From positions 1,020,001-1,052,000 of the forward strand of contig CP064992.1 of NCBI GenBank assembly GCA_016699935.1: 32,000 bases of DNA, in the 5' to 3' direction. The notes below the pieces were generated by a model. That model ran no database searches, was not told where the DNA came from, and worked only from the letters and a program-made list of their open reading frames with translations. Below are positions 24,529-32,000 of this stretch, one piece after another. Made by a program: the position numbers and the translations under genes. Source of the DNA: Candidatus Saccharimonadota bacterium (GTDB lineage: Bacteria > Patescibacteriota > Saccharimonadia > Saccharimonadales > UBA4665). Numbering within the stretch: the stretch's first letter is position 1; every line of letters begins with the position of its first letter.

Positions 24529-24557
24529 AGCATACGGGATTCGTTTCACGGAGTCAA
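24529..24557 (-). promoter_or_regulatory. Sigma-70-like promoter (TTGACT-N17-TATGCT) reading toward secE
   Basis: The -35 box is at 24552-24557 and the -10 box at 24529-24534 (minus strand), with an exact 17-nt spacer. Confidence 0.5.
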
Positions 24558-24612
24558 GCCTCTTCGGTTTTGGAGTACAGTTTTGTTGAAATTTTCTAAC
24601 CCCATATCCCAT

Positions 24613-26148
24613 ATGCTAGCAAGCTGGTATAGTGTAAGTATGTATGTTTGGTTTGGTTTCTGGGCGGCCGTGGCTGTTCTGGAAGCGTTCATCTACGCAA
24701 TCGGCACATCGCGCTTGGGAAAAAATGTTTTCTTGCGATATATGGCTGTCCTAAGTGTGACAGTGGCGATTATTTTCGCTCACATTGGGTTGCTTTCGTA
24801 CGACTGGACGCTCTGGTGGGTACCCATGCTCCTTTTGCCATACCGTCTGATAAACATCGCTCGCTACGCACGGTATAGAATGCCTGCCCCACGCCTTCGA
24901 GCCGTAACACTAAGGACACATAGTTGGGTTGTCACGGCGCAGGTAATACTCGCTCTTAGCTCATGGCTGTTGCGTGATGTCTCGGTGACGGTGCTATTTG
25001 GCGTCATTGCGTCTCTGCAGTTTGTCGGTGTTCTTGCGCTTCTACGGGCCAGCATACGCACCTGGGAGCACGCGAAACCTGCAGAGATTACCAAACACTA
25101 CAATGATGCAGACCTACCGAGTCTGAGTGTGCTTGTGCCAGCGCGCGACGAAACCGATGCACTACAGCGGTGTCTTGAAAGTCTCATTGCCAATGACTAT
25201 CCAAAGCTTGAGATTTTGGTTCTCGACGACTGTTCGGTAGGTAAAAAAACGCCCGAAATAATCCGTAGCTATGCCCAGAACGGAGTACGCTTCGTACAGG
25301 GAGAGATTCCACCAGATAATTGGGTAGCCAAGAATTTCGCTTATGAACAACTGCGACACGAGGCTTCAGGTGAGATTCTCATATTTTGTGGTGTTGACAC
25401 GCTGTTTGAGTCAAGCGCTCTACGAGCTATCGTAGAGACACTGTTGTCAAACAACAAAATGATGAGCGTCCTACCGACGCGTTCGTCCGGCGTTATGATT
25501 GTGTCATTTTTGCAAACCATGAGGTACTACTGGGAGCTCTGCCTGCCAAGACGGATGTTTAAACGCCCACCAGTGCTTAGTACCTGTTGGGTCGTACGAT
25601 CAGCTGTCATTGACGAGCTCGGGGGATTTGCATCTGTCACGCAAAGTGTGTCACCTGAGGCTCACTTTGCGAGGTTGGCTGTTGCGAAAGATATGTATAC
25701 GTTTGTGCGCACAAACGCTACCTTGCAGATTCACAGTACAAAAACATTTCGAGACCAGTTTGATACCACTGTCCGCATGCGCTATCCACAGCTACACCGA
25801 AGGCTTGAGCTTGTAGCCGCCACAACACTGTTTGAACTCGTCTTTTTTATTGGTCCATTTCTTGGGTTGCCACTCAGTTTCTTGCTGCCAGATACTGGGG
25901 CATTCTTTGCGCTCTGGTTCGGCAGTGTACTCGCGGTAGAGGTTATGTATTTTCTTATAGCTGTCCAGACGAAGCTAAATAGTCCCTTGGTCGCGCTCCT
26001 CACGGCTCCCTTTGGGTTTGTTGCAGACATTGTAATGTTACACGTATCTATGCTGCGCTATGAGTTTGGCACCGTAAACTGGAAAGGCCGCAATGTTTGC
26101 ATCCCCGTTATGAATGTAATCCCAAAACTACCTAAAATATCCGAATAG
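24613..26148 (+). CDS. Family 2 glycosyltransferase with N- and C-terminal transmembrane domains
   Basis: The central GT2 domain (SVLVPARDE, VLDDCS, FCGVDT) is flanked by multiple hydrophobic segments. The start is uncertain. ATG 24613 or ATG 24640 are both more plausible than the TTG at 24523. Confidence 0.8.
   Translation: MLASWYSVSMYVWFGFWAAVAVLEAFIYAIGTSRLGKNVFLRYMAVLSVTVAIIFAHIGLLSYDWTLWWVPMLLLPYRLINIARYARYRMPAPRLRAVTLRTHSWVVTAQVILALSSWLLRDVSVTVLFGVIASLQFVGVLALLRASIRTWEHAKPAEITKHYNDADLPSLSVLVPARDETDALQRCLESLIANDYPKLEILVLDDCSVGKKTPEIIRSYAQNGVRFVQGEIPPDNWVAKNFAYEQLRHEASGEILIFCGVDTLFESSALRAIVETLLSNNKMMSVLPTRSSGVMIVSFLQTMRYYWELCLPRRMFKRPPVLSTCWVVRSAVIDELGGFASVTQSVSPEAHFARLAVAKDMYTFVRTNATLQIHSTKTFRDQFDTTVRMRYPQLHRRLELVAATTLFELVFFIGPFLGLPLSFLLPDTGAFFALWFGSVLAVEVMYFLIAVQTKLNSPLVALLTAPFGFVADIVMLHVSMLRYEFGTVNWKGRNVCIPVMNVIPKLPKISE
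24625..24633 (+). promoter_or_regulatory. Extended -10 box (TGGTATAGT) 6 nt upstream of ATG 24640, suggesting a possible leaderless GT2 transcript
   Basis: Sequence and spacing read directly. No SD lies upstream of either ATG. Confidence 0.35.
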
Positions 26149-26518
26149 TTAAGGAATAGTAGCTTTAACTCCTAGGTTTTTTATTGCCCAATACACCTTT
26201 TGTTATTTTGCGATGTTTTTATCTACAACCCATTCAATACACCTAATTATTTGTTAACAATAGCTATAGGCAAAACGTGGAGCTTTTGTCCTTCTGTCTG
26301 CGTGTAACAATACCATTTTACGAGCGCCCTTTGATGCTCGTTTGTCATTTCTCGATGCAGGCCTGGTGCGTAACTGACTATTACTGCCACCCTCAACGTG
26401 GTTGGCTGTTTGTCAGTAACTTGAACGGTGCGCAGTGCGCACCTGCTTAAATCCTGCTCCTTGAAAAATTTCCTGAAAGTTGTATGTTGAATATTGAACA
26501 GTTAATGCTACTCAAAGC

Positions 26519-27622
26519 TTAGTGCATATTAGGCACGAAAATAGTGAAGATGGAGCCTTGGTTAAGTTCGCTCTCAAGCGATACATCAGCGTGGATGAGG
26601 CGGGCGAGCTTCATGGTTACATATAGCCCAAGACCAGTCCCGTTTGTAGCACGAGTACGGAAATCTTCGCTGCGGAAAAATTTGTCAAATACACGTTCTT
26701 GGTCAGCCTTACTGATGCCAATGCCCGTATCGGAGACAGTGAATAACACACCGTCATTGTGCGGTTTCGCGGCTACTATAACGCTCCCATGCTCGGTGTA
26801 CTTTAACGCATTGGTTATAAAGTTTTGCAGAACTTCACGAACGTATAGTTCACTCGAAGACAGCGTCTCAAGGTGAGGATTGATATCTGCACGGAGAGAC
26901 ACATTCTTTACCTGCGCATCATGCTGGTATGTTTCAACGAGGCTCCTGACAAGCTGGTGGGCATTAAAGCCCGACACTTCAAGAGTCAGCTTGCCACGTT
27001 CTGCGCGGCTCAAGGTAGATAGATCGTTCACCATGCTCGCAAGAAAGACAATCTGTTCGTGAGCTTGGTTGAGTGCATTTAGAATACTCGGGTCTCCGCC
27101 TGCCTTTTTTATAATAAACTGAGCGTTACTAATGTTGCCTTCGGCGATGGCAATCGGTGTACGCAACTCGTGACTGACAACTGAAATAAACTCATCGCGT
27201 TCTTCCTCGAGTGATTTTTCGTGGGTAATGTCGCGCAGGAGCAAAACAAAACCCCTATCTCCAGCCTCCCCGTAGCCTAGGTGGACTGGTGCAATCGAAA
27301 GGTAAATATTTATGCGGCTGCCATCATCGTAGTGCAACAAAAGATCACGGTTACTGGTAGCTCTTTCAGCGCTTCGGACAAGTCTTTCGATATCAACTAA
27401 CATACCATTGTTATCATAGAGCCGTAAAAGACGTTTGAGATTGCGGTTTTTTATAGTGCCATTAGTATCTAGTATGTTCAGTGCAGCCCCGTTATACAGC
27501 ACGACTTTTATGTCATCATCCACCGCAATGACACCATCTGCCATGCTGCCAATGAGGCTTTGCAGACGTTCGTGCTCGATCGCTGCCTCTGCTAGCACTG
27601 CTGTATTCTGTTTCCCACTCAT
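26519..27622 (-). CDS. Cytoplasmic PAS-domain sensor histidine kinase (no adjacent response regulator)
   Basis: H-box SHELRTPI, N/G boxes (NALKYT, DTGIGI, GTGLGL), an N-terminal PAS-like region and no TM segments. Confidence 0.85.
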   Translation of the reverse strand: MSGKQNTAVLAEAAIEHERLQSLIGSMADGVIAVDDDIKVVLYNGAALNILDTNGTIKNRNLKRLLRLYDNNGMLVDIERLVRSAERATSNRDLLLHYDDGSRINIYLSIAPVHLGYGEAGDRGFVLLLRDITHEKSLEEERDEFISVVSHELRTPIAIAEGNISNAQFIIKKAGGDPSILNALNQAHEQIVFLASMVNDLSTLSRAERGKLTLEVSGFNAHQLVRSLVETYQHDAQVKNVSLRADINPHLETLSSSELYVREVLQNFITNALKYTEHGSVIVAAKPHNDGVLFTVSDTGIGISKADQERVFDKFFRSEDFRTRATNGTGLGLYVTMKLARLIHADVSLESELNQGSIFTIFVPNMH

Positions 27623-27629
27623 ACTCTAT

Positions 27630-28373
27630 TTAGTATGTCATATCGTCGTCAAAAGCAGTAGCAGTTTTCGTGGGTGTCAGAGCGGGCTGGATGTGGCGGA
27701 CCCGCTTGGCAATCATACGGGCATCGGGCATCATGCGCTTCATCTCTGTCCAGAATGCAGCGCTATGGTTCATATGTTTTGTGTGCGCCAGTTCGTGGCA
27801 CAGCACATAGTCTATTTGCTGCCAGCTGAGCTGCATAAGAAACAGGCTCAAAGTTATGTTCCCGTGACTATCGCAGCTTCCCCAGCGTCGTTTCAGATTT
27901 TTCACGTTCACTAAAGCGTAGGATAAGCCGTGTTTGTCTGCAAGCGTGCGGATGCGTGGCGGCAATACCACAGACGCTTCTTTCTTGAGCGCACGTAACG
28001 CCGCAGCTTCAGCCCGCTTTTGCACTGACAAGTCCGAGCTGTTTTCACTTGGTTTTAGCATTACGATAAGTTTTGTCGGTGTTACGCGGGTGCGCGGTAC
28101 ACTTCGTTCCGGTATGCTCTCAAAATGAACTGTGTGCAATTTGCCAATCTTATCACCCTCTCTCAGTAACGAACGTGTGTGTTTGGCCAGCTCAGATTCT
28201 ATCCACTGCGCGTGGCGACCCGTAAAAGCTACCGCTACTGCATAAGGCGTCCAGCGTGGCAGAGAAACGCGAACGCCGTTTGCGTTTACGCTGAGTCGTA
28301 TATTCCTGCTCCGTGCTGATTTCACGAAACTGACCGGTCCGACTCCGGTAACACTAATAACCTTAACTGCCAT
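27630..28373 (-). CDS. DUF45 / YgjP-like (M48-type) zinc metallopeptidase
   Basis: HELAHTKHMNH (HExxH) near the C-terminus of a 247-aa protein, typical of the YgjP/DUF45 family. Confidence 0.75.
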   Translation of the reverse strand: MAVKVISVTGVGPVSFVKSARSRNIRLSVNANGVRVSLPRWTPYAVAVAFTGRHAQWIESELAKHTRSLLREGDKIGKLHTVHFESIPERSVPRTRVTPTKLIVMLKPSENSSDLSVQKRAEAAALRALKKEASVVLPPRIRTLADKHGLSYALVNVKNLKRRWGSCDSHGNITLSLFLMQLSWQQIDYVLCHELAHTKHMNHSAAFWTEMKRMMPDARMIAKRVRHIQPALTPTKTATAFDDDMTY

Positions 28374-28375
28374 AC

Positions 28376-29038
28376 CTATTGGATGTTTATGTTTCGCCGT
28401 GAGAGGTCAACGCGTCCGGCTGCGGGGTTTGGTACGATGTTTACAAGACCTGGCTTACTCAACTGATGGGTGGATGCCTCGAGATTAATAAGCCGTTTTT
28501 CTACCAAATAGCGGATAACGGCATTTTTTTGCGTGTTAAAGACATGTTTGCCACTGAGTACAAGGAAGTTTTCTGTAATTTCGGGATTTTGCATACCACC
28601 AAGCAGCTCGCGAAAGGTGGCTGGTTCCATCTCTTGGGCGTAATGGTCATCTTGTTTGCGGCGGTCTCGTCGACCGGATCGTTTAAAAGCAGAATCGGGG
28701 TCAATTTGTAACCATAGCAACACCGGGTGCGCCCCTACTTTAATAGCCAGATTACGAAGCGCGCGTCGCTGCGTCATACGCATGGCATTCGTGTCGAACA
28801 CTACGCTTATACCAGCCTGCAAAAATTCGCCAGTCATATAGGCCATAAGGCTCGCGACAATGTGATTTTCTTCTTTGCTATAGGTTGGTTTTTCAAATAA
28901 CTCGTCCCGGATTCGATCACCCTGGACGTGTGCAGCCGATATCTGTTCGCAAAGCTGACGTGAAAAAAACGTCTTGCCTGAGCCAGGCATACCGTACAAC
29001 ATGATTAAGAGTGGCTTTGTAGGTTGGAGTTTCCCCAT
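28376..29038 (-). CDS. P-loop kinase-like ATPase (AAA_33 / zeta-toxin-like fold)
   Basis: Walker A GMPGSGKT at the N-terminus. A VVFDTN and RRALRN pattern suggests small-molecule or polynucleotide kinases. There is a C-terminal ~60-aa extension. Confidence 0.65.
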   Translation of the reverse strand: MGKLQPTKPLLIMLYGMPGSGKTFFSRQLCEQISAAHVQGDRIRDELFEKPTYSKEENHIVASLMAYMTGEFLQAGISVVFDTNAMRMTQRRALRNLAIKVGAHPVLLWLQIDPDSAFKRSGRRDRRKQDDHYAQEMEPATFRELLGGMQNPEITENFLVLSGKHVFNTQKNAVIRYLVEKRLINLEASTHQLSKPGLVNIVPNPAAGRVDLSRRNINIQ

Positions 29039-29078
29039 ATCGTAATCTAGTATAGCAAAAATTCACTATAAATATCCA

Positions 29079-29155
29079 TGGTGGGTGATGAGGGACTCGA
29101 ACCCCTGACCCTCTCGTGTAAACGAGATGCTCTAGCCAACTGGAGCTAATCACCC
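29079..29155 (-). tRNA. tRNA-Val (anticodon UAC) with encoded CCA. The anticodon loop is one nucleotide short as written
   Basis: Manual cloverleaf: acceptor GGGTGAT/ATCACCC, D arm GCTC/GAGC, anticodon stem TCTCG/CGAGA with the 6-nt loop TTTACA, T arm AGGGG-TTCGAGT-CCCTC, discriminator A, then CCA. Confidence 0.8.
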
Positions 29156-29358
29156 ATTATTCTTATTGGTGCGCCAAAGCGACTGCTTTTGAACACCTCT
29201 GTAATATAGCACGGTGGTTATTTGAAAACCAAAATCAGGCGGCATTCCGACTACCCCAAATCACTGTTACGCAGAGGTCGCAGCAGGTGTTAGCGGCAAA
29301 ACTACGCCTTTAGTAGTATCACTGACTGACAGGATTTGAACTTCTAACACTATGTCAA

Positions 29359-30312
29359 CTACTGAGCTTTGCGCAAGCCATCACGCCCAAGACTTAGCCA
29401 ATAGTCTGTTTCTTCGGTGTCGTTACCGTTTATATACTTCTCTTGGTGTGCGCCCATAAACTCCATAGCTACACCAGCAAGCGCATAGACAGGTAGATGT
29501 TTGCGCTCTTGCTCGGTCAATGGATTGAACCCACTGTATTCATCTGCTACCTTTACACATTTCTGTTCTAGTAGCCTCGTCGTTATCGTGCAGTAGGTTC
29601 GCAACAATTACAGCCAGCTCTTGTATGCGCGGGTAGCGATTAGCAACTGAGAAATCCAGAATATATTTTTGCCATCCTGACCCTTAATGACATTGGCTTT
29701 GGTAAAGTCGCCGTGTACAAAGCAGTGCGGTAAGTCGTCTACCGGAATAGCATCATAGCTGGCAATGGCTCGTTCTACTATGAGTAAATCCTCTGGCTCA
29801 ATATACTGCTTCACTTTCTCAAACATCGCGTGAATGTTTGGAATAGCCCAACTATCAAATAGATAAGGTGGTTCGTAGTCAATGCTGTTTACTTTAGCCG
29901 CTTGTTCCAATACTGCCTTGCGTTCTTCATCGGTTGGTGAGCGGTCTAACTCCAAGAAACTCTTGCCCTCAACAAACCGCATTAGTATGAGGGTAATACC
30001 ACTATCGCCATATGTCGTTTCGCCAGCATTAGTTTTTAGTAACTCTGGGTGATGCACACCAGCATCAACAACCTTTTCCATCGTCGTAGTGTAGCGAGTA
30101 ATATCTTCTGGTGTTCGCGTCTTGGCAAACATCTTAGCTACAAACTTTGCTTGGTCGGTCTCTATGACGACATTACAATCTTCATACCCAACTTCAACAA
30201 TACTGCTTGCGTTTAAACTACCCACACCGAAGGCTTCGCATACACGCTCAATGACTGGCGTGAGGTCGCCTGAATACTCTAAGCGGTCTGCTGGTGTTTG
30301 TAGCTCAGACAT
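29359..30312 (-). pseudogene. Phosphotransferase (APH / choline-kinase / homoserine-kinase-II family) with at least two frame changes (T5 run 29666-29670 and about 29585)
   Basis: Brenner motif CFVHGDFTKANVI, with a downstream YILDFS in the adjacent frame. The C-terminal part lies in ORF 29359-29607. Confidence 0.7.
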
Positions 30313-30632
30313 CCGACAATTCCGCTAGCTCGTATATATCAATGGCTGGCTCTTCGTAGGAATGAGCTGCACGGATTGCATCAATAACTGCTTTAACATT
30401 TTCACCGTCGCAGGTAATCTCTACGCGTTCTTTCTACAACTTCTTTAGGTTGACCGACTTGCCCTATGGCAGGATTAGCACCATCAACAGGCAAAAATCG
30501 TCCTGTACCTTTTACTGAGAAACTGCAATGAATGTAGTTACCAACCTTACCGCCACCAGCGTCGCCGATAGCTTGACGAAGATTATCAGCCTCATCCTCA
30601 GGAACGGTCACAATTACTTTATAATTAGTCAT
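30305..30632 (-). pseudogene. Small protein resembling the Nif3/YqfO-associated PII-like insert domain, one frame change near 30431
   Basis: YKVIVTVPEDEADNLRQAIGDAGGGKVGNYIHCSF..GRFLP..GANPAIGQVG, then VEITCDGENVKAVIDAIRAAHSYEEPAIDIY in another frame. The stop overlaps the downstream ATG. Confidence 0.5.
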
Positions 30633-30667
30633 AGGACAATAATAACAGTTCTGACACAGTATTAGCT

Positions 30668-31508
30668 ATGAGTAAAGACAGCCAAGACCACCACCAAAAC
30701 ACATAGACGACATCCACACTAAGCTGATTAGCCGTGTTGAATTTGCCGCCAAGCGAGGCACTGAATTTAGTACGGAGGTTCGTAAATGGGGAATGACCAC
30801 CCTGTATCATTAGGCGGTGAAATTGCGGATGACAGATTATCGTATAAGGTTGTTCTAAACTTTAGCCAACAACCATACCTTGATGATTGGGGCGCACCTT
30901 TGGTGATGCGATGCATAACCTTAGAAGTGTGCTGAATAATATGGTCGCGGAAATTGCACAAGCCGAGGGGAGCAACAAAGGAACAAATTAAGAGTGTCCA
31001 ATTTCCGGTAGCGTTGAGTGTAAAACAATGGCGTTCCGAAAAAAGGCGAATTCAGACACTGCCACAAGAGGTACAATCTGCTATTGAGAAAGTTCAGCCG
31101 TTTACCGAGATGTCGCAGTCACCCGAGCAACATCCTCTTGCGGTCCTTTCCGCTCTTAGCAACCAAGATAAACACCGACTTGAGCTGACACCAGCTATTG
31201 AGCCTTTGCAGCTAGCTCACGATACATCTATTGAATTTGAGGAAGTTCCTGACCCTATCGTATTGCAGCAGGTAATGAATAGAATGAAGATTGATGGTCG
31301 TTTCCAAGACGGGGTTGAGGTTATTACTCATGACACAACACCTTATCGTGTTGCACAGCTTATCGGCTACCACCAATATCACGGTAGAGTGCAGGTAGTT
31401 ACGGATGATAATGTCACTCTTAGCCCCGCTGAAGTAATGAATACTGTTTTCCCAAAAGTAACTAGCATTATTGATACCGTTTTGTATGCTTGGGCTAACA
31501 AATCTTAG
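30668..31508 (+). pseudogene. Hypothetical protein (contains FGDAMHNLRSVLNNMV and LSNQDKHR motifs) broken by about four frame changes
   Basis: Coherent peptide segments in successive frames join at about 30697, 30808, 30900 and 30969. The last segment is the tracked ORF 30954-31508. I cannot name the family with confidence. Confidence 0.5.
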
Positions 31509-31690
31509 GCTAAAATAACGGGGGGCATACCGCCCCACCCCTGTTAATTTGCGATACCACCGTATAAATACTCAATTTCGCGGAGCAATTCTGCCAGCGT
31601 TTTTTTGGCAAAAAGGTGGTGTCGAATTTTTGTCTCTCACTCTCAAAAAACGATTTTTGAGTAGTTTTGAGCATAAAGAGGACCTACTTT

Positions 31691-31891
31691 TGCTACAATG
31701 AAGAGGTCCAAACCAGTTACAGAGGATATTTTTATATCCGAGCTTTTTAGTTTGAAAGCGGATAAACCCAAACAGGGGCATCTTGCTGACAAACAATAAG
31801 GGTTTATCCTTTGTTGCTGGTTTGGACACCTAGGCAGGGTGTCCCTTTTTTATGTGGACCTCCTGCGAATAGCAAATTAAAGGAGGTCAAA
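31691..31891 (+). promoter_or_regulatory. Extended -10 promoter plus a structured 5' leader (riboswitch-like, class unknown)
   Basis: Promoter TGCTACAAT at 31691-31699. An 11-bp P1 stem pairs GTCCAAACCAG (31706-31716) with CTGGTTTGGAC (31817-31827). P1 encloses two hairpins, at 31724-31739 and at 31760-31809 (10 bp). A terminator overlaps the 3' strand of P1. GACCTCCT (31857-31864) is complementary to the SD AGGAGGTC (31881-31888). Confidence 0.45.
31824..31851 (+). terminator. Intrinsic terminator inside the leader
   Basis: GGACACC-taggca-GGTGTCC, followed by C and then T6. Confidence 0.6.
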
Positions 31892-32000
31892 GTGAATAAG
31901 CAAATCTTTAAAAAGTGGTGGTTTTGGTTAGCTGTGGTTGTCGTACTAGGCGCAATCGGCGCAGCCGGTCAATCAGGCAACAAGACTGACACCACTAGCA
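31892..32000 (+). CDS. Partial CDS: small membrane-anchored or secreted protein (N-terminus only)
   Basis: GTG start 5 nt after AGGAGG. The peptide VNKQIFKKWWFWLAVVVVLGAIGAAG is a signal/anchor helix. The ORF runs off the window. Confidence 0.5.
   Translation, partial: MNKQIFKKWWFWLAVVVVLGAIGAAGQSGNKTDTTS

Noticed and set aside
30625-30961. Tracked minus-strand ORFs 30625-30810 and 30767-30961
   Set aside because: The plus strand here yields coherent peptide segments of one frame-disrupted gene (30668-31508). The minus-strand ORFs have no recognisable features.
31572-31829. Tracked 85-aa minus-strand ORF
   Set aside because: It overlaps the structured plus-strand leader and its terminator. 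It has no SD and its peptide is Lys/Phe-rich and low-complexity.

Overview
This is a 32-kb bacterial chromosomal window with moderate GC. Nearly all genes are co-directional on the minus strand, with very short spacers.

**Gene content, in order:**
- dnaX, an EamA transporter, a hypothetical gene, then rplL-rplJ.
- A hypothetical 202-aa gene, a GNAT acetyltransferase and glmM.
- A threonine/acetyl-CoA block: acsA, a CoA-binding protein, kbl, tdh, ilvA, ridA.
- A thymidylate/pyrimidine block: tmk fused to a degenerate ThyX-like domain, folA, a divergent thyA, a HIT protein, a long dCMP deaminase, a cytidylyltransferase, upp.
- rplA-rplK, a four-helix-bundle (23S-IVS/Avd-like) ORF, then nusG-secE.
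- A membrane GT2 glycosyltransferase.
- A P-loop kinase, a DUF45 metallopeptidase and an orphan PAS histidine kinase in one tight operon.
- tRNA-Val, followed by a stretch of decayed accessory genes.

The gene content and repeat types suggest a reduced-genome, possibly CPR/Saccharibacteria-like organism. That is inference only.

**Main non-genic signals:**
1. A family of intergenic imperfect hairpins whose arms are arrays of degenerate 7-nt units, seen at six loci. One copy carries the four-helix-bundle ORF inside a 16-bp perfect inverted repeat. Another is an ORF-less copy sharing an identical 24-mer.
2. A three-hairpin attenuator with a 27-codon Leu/Ile/Val-rich leader ORF upstream of the ridA-ilvA block.
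3. A structured leader with overlapping P1 stem, terminator and anti-SD at the right edge of the window.
4. Two clusters of REP-like hairpins.
5. About 20 small indels, mostly single-base, that break 10 genes. Most sit at short homopolymers and are resolved by restoring one base, so a sequencing artefact is as likely as true decay.

No CRISPR array, integrase, transposase or rRNA was seen.
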